Assembly (NCBI GenBank): GCA_947630175.1
Contig: CANRGJ010000013.1
Location: 7,090-71,089, forward strand
Direction of reading: 5' to 3'
From: an uncultured Ruminiclostridium sp.
GTDB taxonomy: Bacteria; Bacillota; Clostridia; Oscillospirales; Ruminococcaceae
DNA length: 64,000 bases
The notes under the pieces were generated by a model, which had not been told where the DNA came from, did not search any database, and worked only from the letters and a program-made list of their open reading frames with translations. The position numbers and the translations under genes were made by a program. Positions 26,815-36,892 of the stretch are shown here, piece by piece; the stretch's first letter is position 1; every line of letters begins with the position of its first letter.

Positions 26815-27851
26815 AAATGATAAACATCGGCGTTATCTTTGGCGGAAATTCCTCCGAATACGGCGTTTCCCTGCAATCCGCCTGCGGGGTGATAAACGCC
26901 CTTGACAGCAAAAAATACAGCGTAAAGAAAATTTGGATAACGAGGGAGGGAAAATGGTACCTCTTTGAGGGCGGCACAAATCTTATCTCACAGGACAAAC
27001 GTCCCGAGGAGCTTTCCTTTCCCCTTATACTTTCCCAGAACAGCGGAGAGGGAATATTTGTACGAAAAAACGGAGAGATGATGAAGACAGAAATCGACCT
27101 GCTCTTTCCTGTACTTCACGGCAGGAACGGCGAGGACGGCACGGTGCAGGGCTTAGCTGAGCTGTCCCAAATACCCTATGCGGGCTGTAAGGTCCTTTCC
27201 TCCGCCCTTTGTATGGACAAATACCGAGCCCACAAAATCGTTGAAGTACAGGGGATAAACGTCCCAAAAAGCGTACTTGTTTCAAGCACAGACAGTTTTG
27301 ATGAAATAAGGGAAAAAGCCCTTTCCCTCGGCTTTCCCGTTTTCGTAAAGCCGCTGAGAGCAGGCTCCTCCTACGGCATCGGCAAGGCGTATGATGTGAA
27401 AAGCCTTGAAACAGCGGTAAAACAGGCATTTCTCTACGACGACAGCGCAGTTTTTGAGGAGAGCATAGAGGGGAACGAAGTTGGCTGCGCCGTTATCGGC
27501 AGAAACAGGCTTGTGACAGGAGAGCTTGATATGATAACCCTTGAGGGTGAGCTTTTCGATTACAACGAAAAATACCTTAACGCCGCCCAAAGGATAACCG
27601 TACCCGCAAATTTGTCGCCCCAAAAGTCCGCCGAAATAAAGGAAATTGCAAAGAAAATCTACACAGCTCTGGACTGCTCAGACTTTGCCAGAGTGGATAT
27701 GTTCCTTACGAAAAGCGGAGAAATTTACTTCAACGAGGTGAACACTATCCCCGGCTTCACGCCCCACAGCCGCTTTCCGAAAATGATGGAGGCGGCGGGA
27801 TATTCTATGACAGAAACGCTTGACCTTATCATAAAGGAGGCTTTGAAATGA
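26811..27851 (+). CDS. vanG: D-Ala-D-Ser-type ligase (VanG-like)
   Basis: FGGNSSEYGVS, PVLHGRNGEDG, GSSYG, LFDYNEKY omega loop, NEVNTIPGFTPHSRFP; vanW/XY/T neighbours. Confidence 0.8.
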   Translation: MKMINIGVIFGGNSSEYGVSLQSACGVINALDSKKYSVKKIWITREGKWYLFEGGTNLISQDKRPEELSFPLILSQNSGEGIFVRKNGEMMKTEIDLLFPVLHGRNGEDGTVQGLAELSQIPYAGCKVLSSALCMDKYRAHKIVEVQGINVPKSVLVSSTDSFDEIREKALSLGFPVFVKPLRAGSSYGIGKAYDVKSLETAVKQAFLYDDSAVFEESIEGNEVGCAVIGRNRLVTGELDMITLEGELFDYNEKYLNAAQRITVPANLSPQKSAEIKEIAKKIYTALDCSDFARVDMFLTKSGEIYFNEVNTIPGFTPHSRFPKMMEAAGYSMTETLDLIIKEALK

Positions 27852-28549
27852 TACTCACTGAAAATGACGTTTACTGCGGCGACCTTATCCTTGTGAACAA
27901 GGACCATATGTACCGCCGTGACGGTGAAACGCCTTTTGAAAGGGCAGGGAGCGAACTTCTCTCACAAAGGGCGGCAGCTGCGCTCAAATTACTTTTGAAA
28001 GCAACTGACAGCGAGAACGATATAACCGTCGTCAGCGGCTTTCGCAGTTATCAGGAACAGCGTGAGCTGTGGGAAAGCTCCCTCTCGGAAAACGGCAGGA
28101 AATTTACCGAACAGTACGTGGCGCGCCCCCTGCACAGTGAGCACCAGACGGGACTTGCGGTAGACGTGGGACTGAATATTGAGGATATAGACTTTATCCG
28201 CCCGTATTTTCCCGACGAGGGAAAGTGCAGAGCCTTCCGCCTTAACGCCCCAAAATTCGGCTTTATCCTCCGCTACCCTGCGGACAAGGAGCATATCACC
28301 CGCATATCCCACGAGCCATGGCATTTTCGTTACGTGGGCGTTCCCCACGCCGAAATTATGGAGCAAAACGGCCTCACGCTTGAGGAATACACCGAATTTT
28401 TGAAAGCATACAGCAAAAGTGAGCTTATCTTCGGCGATTTTGCGGTTTCGTACATTAAGGGGGAGCGCTTACCGCTGGAAATCCCCGACGCCTATTCCGT
28501 TTCAGGCAACAACGTTGACGGCTTCGTGCTTTCAAGGAGGACAAAGTGA
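27848..28549 (+). CDS. vanXY: M15 D,D-peptidase (VanXY-like)
   Basis: SGFRS..EQ, HSEHQTGLAVD, EPWHFRYVG, YSVSGNNVDGF tail. Confidence 0.8.
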   Translation: MILTENDVYCGDLILVNKDHMYRRDGETPFERAGSELLSQRAAAALKLLLKATDSENDITVVSGFRSYQEQRELWESSLSENGRKFTEQYVARPLHSEHQTGLAVDVGLNIEDIDFIRPYFPDEGKCRAFRLNAPKFGFILRYPADKEHITRISHEPWHFRYVGVPHAEIMEQNGLTLEEYTEFLKAYSKSELIFGDFAVSYIKGERLPLEIPDAYSVSGNNVDGFVLSRRTK

Positions 28550-29540
28550 AGGAGCAGGGCGGGCTCGACCTGTTCCGCATTGCGGCGGCTTTGCTGGTTA
28601 TAGCCATACACACCGTATCGCCGGAAAGCAGCGGGGGGGGGGGTACAGCTTCTTATTGACCCGCATACTGGCACGGCTTGCAGTGCCGTTTTTTCTTATG
28701 GTGACGGGGCATTTTGTCCTTTTCTTTCCGCCCGACAAGGTGAAAAAATATCTGAAAAGCTCGCTGAAAGCCTATCTCGCGGTAACGCTCCTGTATCTTC
28801 CCTTAAGCATTTACGGCGGATATTTCGAGGACTTCTCCCCCTATACTCCGCTGAAATTACTGCTGTTTGACGGCGTTTACTATCACCTCTGGTATTTTCC
28901 CGCCGTGATAATGGGGATACTTATAGTACGCTTTTTGCAAAAGCATTTTTCGCACAAATCAGCCCTTGCGATATGCGTATTCCTTTATTTTATCGGACTT
29001 TTGGGCGACAGCTATTACGGCTTTGCCGCCGAAAATCCTGCAATATCGACCGCATACGATATCATCTTCTCCGTTTCAAGCTACACCCGCAACGGTATCT
29101 TTATGGCGCCGCTGTTTCTTCTGCTGGGAAATTCCGCCCCGAAAGCAAGCGTAAGCGAACAGCTTTCGCTGTACGGCTTCGGCGCTTCTTTCCTGCTGAT
29201 GACAGGGGAGGGAATGGCTTTGCATCTACTGCAAGTTCAGCGCCACGACAGTATGTACTTGTTTCTGCCCATTTGCACCTTTTTCCTTTACAGGCTCCTG
29301 CTTATTCCGAAAATAAAGCCTTTTCCCTGCCTGCGAAAGATATGCGGCACCGTCTACGTTATCCACCCTGCGGCAATTATTTTTATAAGAGGAATTTCAA
29401 AGCTGCTTGGCAAAGCTCCGCCTGACGGACTTTTAAACTTCGCCGCCGTCACCGTCATTTCATTTTTCGCCGCAATTTTACTGTATATCCTCCGCAGAAA
29501 AATTTTTGAAAAAAGACAAAACAAAAGCTCCGTGCCTTAA
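28546..29540 (+). pseudogene. vanT: VanT membrane domain only, frameshifted at G11 tract (pseudogene, phase-variable gene or sequencing error)
   Basis: GTG 28546 after AGGAGG gives GLDLFRIAAALLVIAIH then stop at 28657-28659; the other frame continues TRILARLAVPFF, YYHLWYFP, YTRNGIFMAP, RHDSMY; no racemase domain. Confidence 0.8.
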
Positions 29541-29557
29541 AGACACGGAGCTTTGTT
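29524..29557. terminator. Bidirectional terminator between vanT and protease gene
   Basis: AAAGCTCCGTG/CACGGAGCTTT stem with the vanT stop in the loop. Confidence 0.75.
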
Positions 29558-29586
29558 TCGTCAGAAACAGATATTCAAGCTATCGC

Positions 29587-32500
29587 TTAATCTCTTTTCT
29601 TACGGAAGATGATAACGCCCATTGCTGCAATAGCCACAGCGGCTGTTGCTGCAATTCCTGCAAAGCTGTTGCCGGTAGCGGGGTTATCGTCGGTGAGGTC
29701 GACCATAACTGCGGTAACTGCGATGTTACCTGTTACAGCCTCGCCCTTGATCGTTACCTTGCCGGTAGCAGGGTCGTAGGTGTACTGAGTTGCGTCAAGA
29801 GCCTTGCCGTCAACAGTAACGGTAATGTTCTCAGGCAGCTTGTATCCGTCAGCAGGAGTAATGGTGAACGTAAGGTCTTCGCCCTTAGGAGCAGTAGCGG
29901 GAGCGTCAGAGGTTCCCTTGCCGCCAAGGTCTACGGATACGTCTACGTCTTCTGAAACGGGAGCCTGTGCTGCAGGAAGTTCAACTGTAACGTCTTCCGT
30001 TGCGGGAACTTCGTCGCTGGGCTTTCCGTCTTCGTTGTAGGTGAGGATTATGTTGGTCTTAAGACCGGATTCGTCCTCTTCCTCATAGGTGAATACCAGT
30101 TCAGCAACCTGCTTGTTAAGAGCGTCGGCAGCGGCGTAGTCAAATACCACGTTGCCAGCGGTCTTATCGTTGATGCTGAAGTAATCGGTATTGCCCTTAA
30201 CACTGTCAAGAGTGAGCGTCTCAGCGTCATATTCAACGTTGAACAGACCGTTGGTGCTGTTCATTGCGTCTACCTTGACGGTGATAGTGTTCTTTTCAGT
30301 GTCAACAACAACGTTTTCGCTTTCTGTATCAGGCTTTGTTTCGTCGTCGTTTACAACGATAGCGTTAGTGGAGCCTATCAGACCGGGAACTGCTTCGGGC
30401 TGTGCGGATTCGTTTGCACTTTCGTCAGCAATCGCGCTGATAACGTTCTCAGTGTCTATCGCCATCTTAGCGTCGCCTATAACAGCGTTGAGTCTGTCAG
30501 TGCGTGCGCCTGTCTCAGCAACAGTGTCGTCAACGTACTGATACAGTGAAACTGCGGAGCTTACGGTTGCGTCAAACGCAGACTTACCGGTGCTTATTAT
30601 CGTATTGCCGAACTCATCATACTCTACTTTGATGACAGCAACTGCGGGAGCGTCCATAGCACTTTCCGAATAGTAGGAAAGTACGAACTGATCTGCCGTA
30701 TCGGTGCTTCCGTCAAAGTCGTAGATCATTGAAGCAAAGTTGTTGCCGTCTGCAACGGAGCTGGAAACTCCTGACAGGTCAAGACCGCAGTTTCCGATGT
30801 ATCCGGTTCCTACACTGCCTTCAGATGTGATCATAAACAGGTACATATCGCCGTTTTCGCACAGGCATGTGTAGTAGTCAATACCCTGCGTGTTGTTCAC
30901 GCCGATCCATGCAATTGCGGCAATGTTAGAGCTGAAGTCAGAGCTTAAGTCAACAGGTCCGAACAAAGAGCCTGCGATAGGATCCATCAGCATGATAGCG
31001 GCAGTTCCTGCCTGAGGAGCAACCATAAGAGGACCATCGCCGTAGGCTATCTGCTCAAAGTAGTTGTTGGGAGCAGCGTCGGGGAACAGATAAACAGGAT
31101 TGATATCGAACAGCTTCGCATACTCAAATGTCGCAGCGTCTGTCAGATATACAGCGCCGCCGTCATGAGTGAAGAGGTAAGCTTCTTCCATATAATCGCC
31201 CCAAGCCATACCTGCTCTGTAATTAGGCATATCAGCATCGCTCAGCTTAGTGATAGCGGACAATTTGTCGCTGTTGAATTTGCTCCATGCGCCTTCGCCG
31301 TCAGCGTCGTTTACAAATCCTCTCAAAGGAACAGAAGGAAGTGATTCAACTGTTACCTTGATCTCGACCTTAACGGTGGGATCTGCGGCAGCAGCGGCTG
31401 TAACGGTAGTGGAGCCGGTAGAAACGGCCTTGATAAGACCGTTAATATCAACGGTTGCTACATTTTCGTCAGCAGAAGTCCATGTAACGTCACGGTTCTT
31501 CAGCGTCCAGGGAGCTACCGTTGCGGTAACGCGTACAGAACCGCCTTCCAGCATGGAAACTTCGGTCTGGCTTACGTTCAGGCTCTCTACCTCGGTGGCA
31601 GGAGTATCGTCGATCTCTACTCCTTCTTCGGAAGGAACAACATACAGTGATTTGCATACGCCTGCAATATTGGCTTCTGATTCATTTGCATAGTATGCTT
31701 CTTCATTTTCCAGGTCTATGATGAACAGAGAATTGAAGATCATGCTGAAACCGCCCCAAACAGGAGTAGAGTCACTAGCCATATACAGTATCTCGTTATC
31801 ATAGTCCCATGCAAGTCTGCCTACACCGCTTGGATATTCAGTTACAATGTTGAATGAATGCTGAATAGTGAGGAGCTCCTTGCCACTTGAATTATCCTTC
31901 GTCATTACGAATGCAGCGATATCCTCAGGGTCATCTTCGTTGATGCCTGACAGATAGAAGTTGCCGTCAGCGTCAATAGCAAGACCGCTGGGTGTGTAGA
32001 TCGTAGCAACTTCATCACCGATGAACAGATACGGGAAATATGCGAACTCAATATATCCGGTAAGAGGATTGATTACATATATGTAACCTGCGTCAGACAG
32101 AGCGTAAAGCTTGCCGTCTGCATAGTTGAACGCCATATCGATGATGGTTTCGCCTTCAAGCACGTCATTGTCCAGAGTAGCGATAGCGGTGAATACACCG
32201 GGATCTACCTGAGGAGCAACGTACAGAACGCCGTCATCGCCTACCTGGAACACATAATCGTCAGCGTAAGCGGCTGCGGTTATGTCAACAGGAGTTACGT
32301 CATACACATCTACGCCCATATCGTCCCATATGCTGACCGTATCGGGGTCAATGGTCAGCCAGGTGTTTGCGCCATACAGATCATCGAAGAAACCGAACAT
32401 TTCGCCGGAGAAGTCGATAGGATCGGTGCTGTATGTGAATTCTTCAGTCGTGGTGTTGAACGCGTAGTCGATAACTTCGATATTCACAGCCTGACGAACG

Positions 32501-35500
32501 CCTGCCTCAGCAAGCTCCTCAGCGGTGAATACAACAGTAACCTCTTCGTTTTCAGCCTTCTGGTCGGGAATTACCTGACCGTACAGGATAGCGCCGCTTC
32601 TGCTGATAAGGCTTACAGCAGCAACGTACTGGTTGTCCTTAACAGTTATGCGCAGGTCGCCTTCATTGTTTTTGCCCACGTTAGTGATAACGGGTGCGGT
32701 ATCGTCGATGTTGAGTCTGGTGGTCATGAATGCGCCGTCGCCAAGCTCGCCGTTTTCAACAAGCTCAGTGATCTGATCTGCTGTAAGATCACGTCCGTAA
32801 TATTCGGGTACTGCTACCAGACTTACGTTAATTGCGTCGCCTTCCTTGACGCCCAGCTCCTTAACAGCAACGTTGACGTTGAACTTGCCTCTTGTATACT
32901 GCCATGTGCCGTTGCCGTCATAATAGTATGCGGGGGTAACGTCATATGCGGGAGAAACTATTTTCAGCACTTCGCCGGTTTCAGCGTCGGTTATTACCGT
33001 CGTCAGTTCGCCTGCATTGCGTATCAGCGTGTACATATAAGAGCCGATCTTGTCTGCGCTGTTGATAGCTACCCTATCAAAAGGATATACGCCGTTTTCG
33101 GTAATGAGGCCGGCATAGGGGTTGCCGCTGATGTAGAATTCATGTCCCATATCAGCGTCATAGAAGCTAAGTATGTTAGTGGCGGTGTTTCCGGTGTAAG
33201 GCAGATGTCCTTCACTCAGGTCATATGCGCCGCCATTTGAACCTTCACTCTCTTCGTCAATAGCAAAGTATCTGTCAAACATTGTAGCGTCAGACCAGTT
33301 GCCGTAGAAGCCGAGTATAGGAATGGAGTGAGAAACGTCCAGAACGCCTTCCTCAGTGGAAACAGCGTTGATGAACGTAAAGCCCTCTACGTAAGCGCCG
33401 TTTTCGTAGCATTCGTCAAGTATAGCCTTGGTATCGTCGGTAAGAGCGATATCAACAGTTACGTCGACGGATCCGCCTGCGGGAACGGTCACCAACGTTT
33501 TGAGCGCCGCAAGGATAAGATGAGCGTCGTAGGTGGTTATCTTTTCATCGCCGTCAACGTCGCCGGTAGCAAGATCAAGATCGTCACCGCTTACGTTTTT
33601 GGCTATGTAATCCAACAGCGCCTGAGCGTCCTTGCTGTTTGTAACGCCGTCCTTGTTCACGTCTGCGTCGATGTCCGCAAAGCCGCCTGTTTCAACACCG
33701 TCTACGGTGTAGGTGACGTCAGCGTCCAGCGATGTGGTCCAGCGATCCAGAAGTAAAGTGGGATCCTCCTCTGAATACATGAACAGATCCTGTGTGAACA
33801 TATCTGTACCCAGAATATAGGACTGGTCGTTGTCATAGAAATTGTTTATGCTGAATGAGAAGCTGTATTCACCTGTTCTATCAGGGTCGTCGCCAAGCTC
33901 AGCCTTTACCTTGCCGTCAGAAGCGGAAACGGGGTCAAGGGTGGAGCCTTCGTCCATAAGGATATAGGAGTGAGCCTGTGTTGCAGCGCCTACGTTTGCA
34001 AGACCTGCGCCCTGAACAAGTATAGAATACCAGCTGGAATAGTTGCCGTCAGAGTTGGTGTCTTCGCCAAAGCCTTCCGCAACGGGTTCGGCAGTTGACA
34101 TCAGCAGGCTCTGCATCAGCTGACGTTCGGTAAGACCGGTCTTTTCAGTAAGACCCTCTTCCCTTATGTACTGAGCCAGGACTGCAACCATACCTGCTAC
34201 CTGAGGAGCAGCCATAGAAGTACCACTCATATTTTCATATGAAGTACCGCCGGGGATAAGACCGTTTACGGAATAGATATTTCCGCCGGGAGCAGTTATC
34301 TCAGGCTTCATTTCCAGACTTCCGGGAACGCCCCATGAGCTGAAGTCGCTCATAGTGTAGAAAGTAACGTCTTCGGGAATAGCAGAATAAATTTCGTCGC
34401 CTACCGTCACTGTGCCGGTGTAATAAGTAACGCCGTCTTTTTCTGCCTTTGTTCCTGCGCTCTTGAAGATTTCGCCGTCAGCCTGTGAAACGAGAACAAC
34501 AGGAGCAGTTCCCTCATAATCGCTCAGGTCCATACTGATCATTTCGGACTGATTGTTTACGATAATAACGCCAATAGCGCCTGCCTCTACTGCTGCGTTT
34601 GCCTTTGCAGCGAAGCTGGAGGAACCGCGGGAGCACATTGCTATCTTGCCGGCTACCAGATCCTTGACTATATCAAAGTAATTGATATTGCTATCGGTAT
34701 CAATACCGATGTTATCGAGAAAGACATAATCATGATCGCCTGCAATGGTCTTAAAGGGCTCGTTGCTGTAACCGGTACTTTCAGTGTAGAATAATTTTTG
34801 GCCGTCAATGATAAATATATCGCCGGTAGCGCCCACGTTATCGATGGAAGCTACTGAAAGGGCGTTGGTAAAGGTTGAGGGATTGCCTACCATAGCCAGA
34901 TTTACGTCGTCGCCGTACAGATAGCCTTCATAACCGTTTTCAGCATTGTCCGCATATGTACCGGAGTTGCCTGCCGAAGCAGTAACAACTGCAGTGCAGT
35001 CTGCCAGCTTATCCAGTATATCCTGGTATATGTCGTCATGGCTGAAGCCGCATGAAGAACCGAGAGACAGGTTTATGCTGTCTGCACCCAGAATAATAGC
35101 GTCCTCGATAGCTGCCATATAGTCTGCGTCATATGCACCGCCGCCTGTACCGAACACCTTCATGGTGATGACCTGTGCGTCGGGGGCAACGCCCTGTGTA
35201 TTGACTGAATCGAGTGCGCTTACAAAGCCGCCCTTGCCGTCGGGGATATAACGGTTAGCAGCTGCGATACCTGTAACGTGAGAACCATGCTCACCCTGAC
35301 TGTCATTGTCATGAGTGATGTCATAGTTTGCGTCAACGTAGTTGTAAGCGAAAGGTACCTTGTCGCTGAGGTGGAGAGCTTCTGCATCAGCGTTGCCGTT
35401 TGCATAAATGTTGAGCTGTTCCAGAACCTCGGCAACGTCCTCCTGTGTAAGAGTATCTCCTGTGTAGCCGTCCTGCTCCAGAGCATACAGGTAAGCGTCC

Positions 35501-36153
35501 TCGTCAAAGGACTGGTGGTCGGAGTCGATACCTGTATCGATCACCGCAACAATGCTGCCTGCGCCTTTGTATCCGCTTTCGTAAGCAACGTTGCTGCCTA
35601 TCATCTGGGAGGACGTCATCATGTTGGGATCGTATTCATCAACGGTAGCCTTGGATGCTTCATACTTTGTTTCAAGGAATACGTCCTTAACGCCCTTGAT
35701 GTTTTTGATCTCTTCGATCTGTCCGTACTTGACGTTTGCTGAAATAATGTTTGCCGCAAGTGTCAGATTCCAAACAACGTCCAGATCCTTTCCACCGAGA
35801 ACTTTGTTTTCGATGGTCGTCTCGAGAGATTCCTGCTTTTCGCTCAGGCTTTCTCTGTAAGCGACAGCCTGTTCGTCAACGGCAATGGTGTCAAGGTCAT
35901 ATCCTGCGTCGATCGTGGATTTATCCCATAAAACTATGGATACACGAACGACCTGATCGTCAGGGATATCAACCTGATCATCGTCGCTGTTCTGAGCAGG
36001 AACTCTGAGGTTGGAAGTGAGACTGGACTGTGAAAGCTTCAGGCTTTCAAATGAGTCGTCGGCGGCACTTGCAGGGATAGCTACGCTTGTAACTGCCAGA
36101 GAAGCAGCCAAAAGTGCGGCTATCCAGCGCTTGAATGAATTGTGTTTACTCAT
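29587..36153 (-). CDS. Cell-wall-anchored S8 (subtilisin/lactocepin-like) serine protease, 2188 aa, with PA, dockerin-like, Ig-like, cohesin-like modules and sortase-type signal
   Basis: Triad VIDTGID / HGSHVTGIAA / GTSMAAP; PA domain KIAMCSRG; duplicated DVNKDG..DA / GDVDGD..DA; NPATG + TM + RKKRD. Confidence 0.9.
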   Translation of the reverse strand: MSKHNSFKRWIAALLAASLAVTSVAIPASAADDSFESLKLSQSSLTSNLRVPAQNSDDDQVDIPDDQVVRVSIVLWDKSTIDAGYDLDTIAVDEQAVAYRESLSEKQESLETTIENKVLGGKDLDVVWNLTLAANIISANVKYGQIEEIKNIKGVKDVFLETKYEASKATVDEYDPNMMTSSQMIGSNVAYESGYKGAGSIVAVIDTGIDSDHQSFDEDAYLYALEQDGYTGDTLTQEDVAEVLEQLNIYANGNADAEALHLSDKVPFAYNYVDANYDITHDNDSQGEHGSHVTGIAAANRYIPDGKGGFVSALDSVNTQGVAPDAQVITMKVFGTGGGAYDADYMAAIEDAIILGADSINLSLGSSCGFSHDDIYQDILDKLADCTAVVTASAGNSGTYADNAENGYEGYLYGDDVNLAMVGNPSTFTNALSVASIDNVGATGDIFIIDGQKLFYTESTGYSNEPFKTIAGDHDYVFLDNIGIDTDSNINYFDIVKDLVAGKIAMCSRGSSSFAAKANAAVEAGAIGVIIVNNQSEMISMDLSDYEGTAPVVLVSQADGEIFKSAGTKAEKDGVTYYTGTVTVGDEIYSAIPEDVTFYTMSDFSSWGVPGSLEMKPEITAPGGNIYSVNGLIPGGTSYENMSGTSMAAPQVAGMVAVLAQYIREEGLTEKTGLTERQLMQSLLMSTAEPVAEGFGEDTNSDGNYSSWYSILVQGAGLANVGAATQAHSYILMDEGSTLDPVSASDGKVKAELGDDPDRTGEYSFSFSINNFYDNDQSYILGTDMFTQDLFMYSEEDPTLLLDRWTTSLDADVTYTVDGVETGGFADIDADVNKDGVTNSKDAQALLDYIAKNVSGDDLDLATGDVDGDEKITTYDAHLILAALKTLVTVPAGGSVDVTVDIALTDDTKAILDECYENGAYVEGFTFINAVSTEEGVLDVSHSIPILGFYGNWSDATMFDRYFAIDEESEGSNGGAYDLSEGHLPYTGNTATNILSFYDADMGHEFYISGNPYAGLITENGVYPFDRVAINSADKIGSYMYTLIRNAGELTTVITDAETGEVLKIVSPAYDVTPAYYYDGNGTWQYTRGKFNVNVAVKELGVKEGDAINVSLVAVPEYYGRDLTADQITELVENGELGDGAFMTTRLNIDDTAPVITNVGKNNEGDLRITVKDNQYVAAVSLISRSGAILYGQVIPDQKAENEEVTVVFTAEELAEAGVRQAVNIEVIDYAFNTTTEEFTYSTDPIDFSGEMFGFFDDLYGANTWLTIDPDTVSIWDDMGVDVYDVTPVDITAAAYADDYVFQVGDDGVLYVAPQVDPGVFTAIATLDNDVLEGETIIDMAFNYADGKLYALSDAGYIYVINPLTGYIEFAYFPYLFIGDEVATIYTPSGLAIDADGNFYLSGINEDDPEDIAAFVMTKDNSSGKELLTIQHSFNIVTEYPSGVGRLAWDYDNEILYMASDSTPVWGGFSMIFNSLFIIDLENEEAYYANESEANIAGVCKSLYVVPSEEGVEIDDTPATEVESLNVSQTEVSMLEGGSVRVTATVAPWTLKNRDVTWTSADENVATVDINGLIKAVSTGSTTVTAAAAADPTVKVEIKVTVESLPSVPLRGFVNDADGEGAWSKFNSDKLSAITKLSDADMPNYRAGMAWGDYMEEAYLFTHDGGAVYLTDAATFEYAKLFDINPVYLFPDAAPNNYFEQIAYGDGPLMVAPQAGTAAIMLMDPIAGSLFGPVDLSSDFSSNIAAIAWIGVNNTQGIDYYTCLCENGDMYLFMITSEGSVGTGYIGNCGLDLSGVSSSVADGNNFASMIYDFDGSTDTADQFVLSYYSESAMDAPAVAVIKVEYDEFGNTIISTGKSAFDATVSSAVSLYQYVDDTVAETGARTDRLNAVIGDAKMAIDTENVISAIADESANESAQPEAVPGLIGSTNAIVVNDDETKPDTESENVVVDTEKNTITVKVDAMNSTNGLFNVEYDAETLTLDSVKGNTDYFSINDKTAGNVVFDYAAADALNKQVAELVFTYEEEDESGLKTNIILTYNEDGKPSDEVPATEDVTVELPAAQAPVSEDVDVSVDLGGKGTSDAPATAPKGEDLTFTITPADGYKLPENITVTVDGKALDATQYTYDPATGKVTIKGEAVTGNIAVTAVMVDLTDDNPATGNSFAGIAATAAVAIAAMGVIIFRKKRD

Positions 36154-36380
36154 TCCTGTTCCTCTCTTTCTTGATTTTTACCGCACGCGGGCGGAAAAAG
36201 AAACGCCCGCAAAACGGTTTGAAGAACGGACGCAGAGCCTTGCGAAAACGAAAACGACCCCCTGTTTTTATCCCCGAAAACAGGGCGGATCATCGCCGAT
36301 TTTTTGAGCCTGAGCGACCGTTCGCTTTTAGTGAAGCTTTTTTGTCAAATCCTTTTGAAATAAGCCTTCAACATATGTAA

Positions 36381-36409
36381 ATTATAGCACTTTAATATAA
36401 AAAAGTCTA
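36381..36409 (-). promoter_or_regulatory. Putative SigA promoter of protease gene (about 220-nt leader)
   Basis: TAGACT-17-TATAAT on minus strand. Confidence 0.55.
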
Positions 36410-36621
36410 CATTTGCCGTTTGTGGATTTTTCCAAAAAAAATGCCGCTGTGCCGTAATATTTTGTAAAATCGAATAACGGTTTTTTTAAGCGGCTGTAAA
36501 CCCGCATTACAAGCCGTTCTGACGTATAGGACAAATTGCTCTTATGCCGCCTGTTGAAAAATTTTGTCGGAATAAACAAAACGCGCCTGCAAATTTTTAT
36601 ATCTCCAATGTGAAAATTGCA

Positions 36622-36892
36622 GAAAAACAGCCGCAGAGCATTATGCTGTGCGGCTTTCCGCCATAAGGCGGCATTCGTTTTTTCAGAAAGTAAGGTTGAC
36701 ATCTTCGTCAATGTGACGGCGCTGTTGCGCCCTCACGGGCTTCGCCTTTTCGGGCGGAGATGGGAGATGTATGTACTTTTTGTCGGTTTTGCACCGAGCC
36801 CTGATGTTATCCGTCCACAAATGCTTTTGGGAGGAAACTTACTGAAGCTGTCAAAATTTGTCGAACTCCGCTGCTTAACTGCTTGAAAGTAC
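36622..36892 (-). ncRNA. Candidate ~270-nt non-coding RNA, family uncertain (6S-like is one possibility)
   Basis: TTGAAA-17-TAAAAT promoter (36927-36899), several hairpins, terminator AGCCGCACAGC..GCTCTGCGGCT + TTTTT at 36656-36622, no credible ORF. Confidence 0.5.

Noticed and set aside
28419-28545. ORF-track start of the 373-aa ORF at 28419
   Set aside because: Overlaps vanXY out of frame with meaningless sequence; the real start is GTG 28546 in another frame.
36195-36250. c-di-GMP-I-like string GCAAAAC...GGACGCAGAGCC
   Set aside because: On the strand opposite the downstream protease gene and lacks the second riboswitch stem; probably chance.
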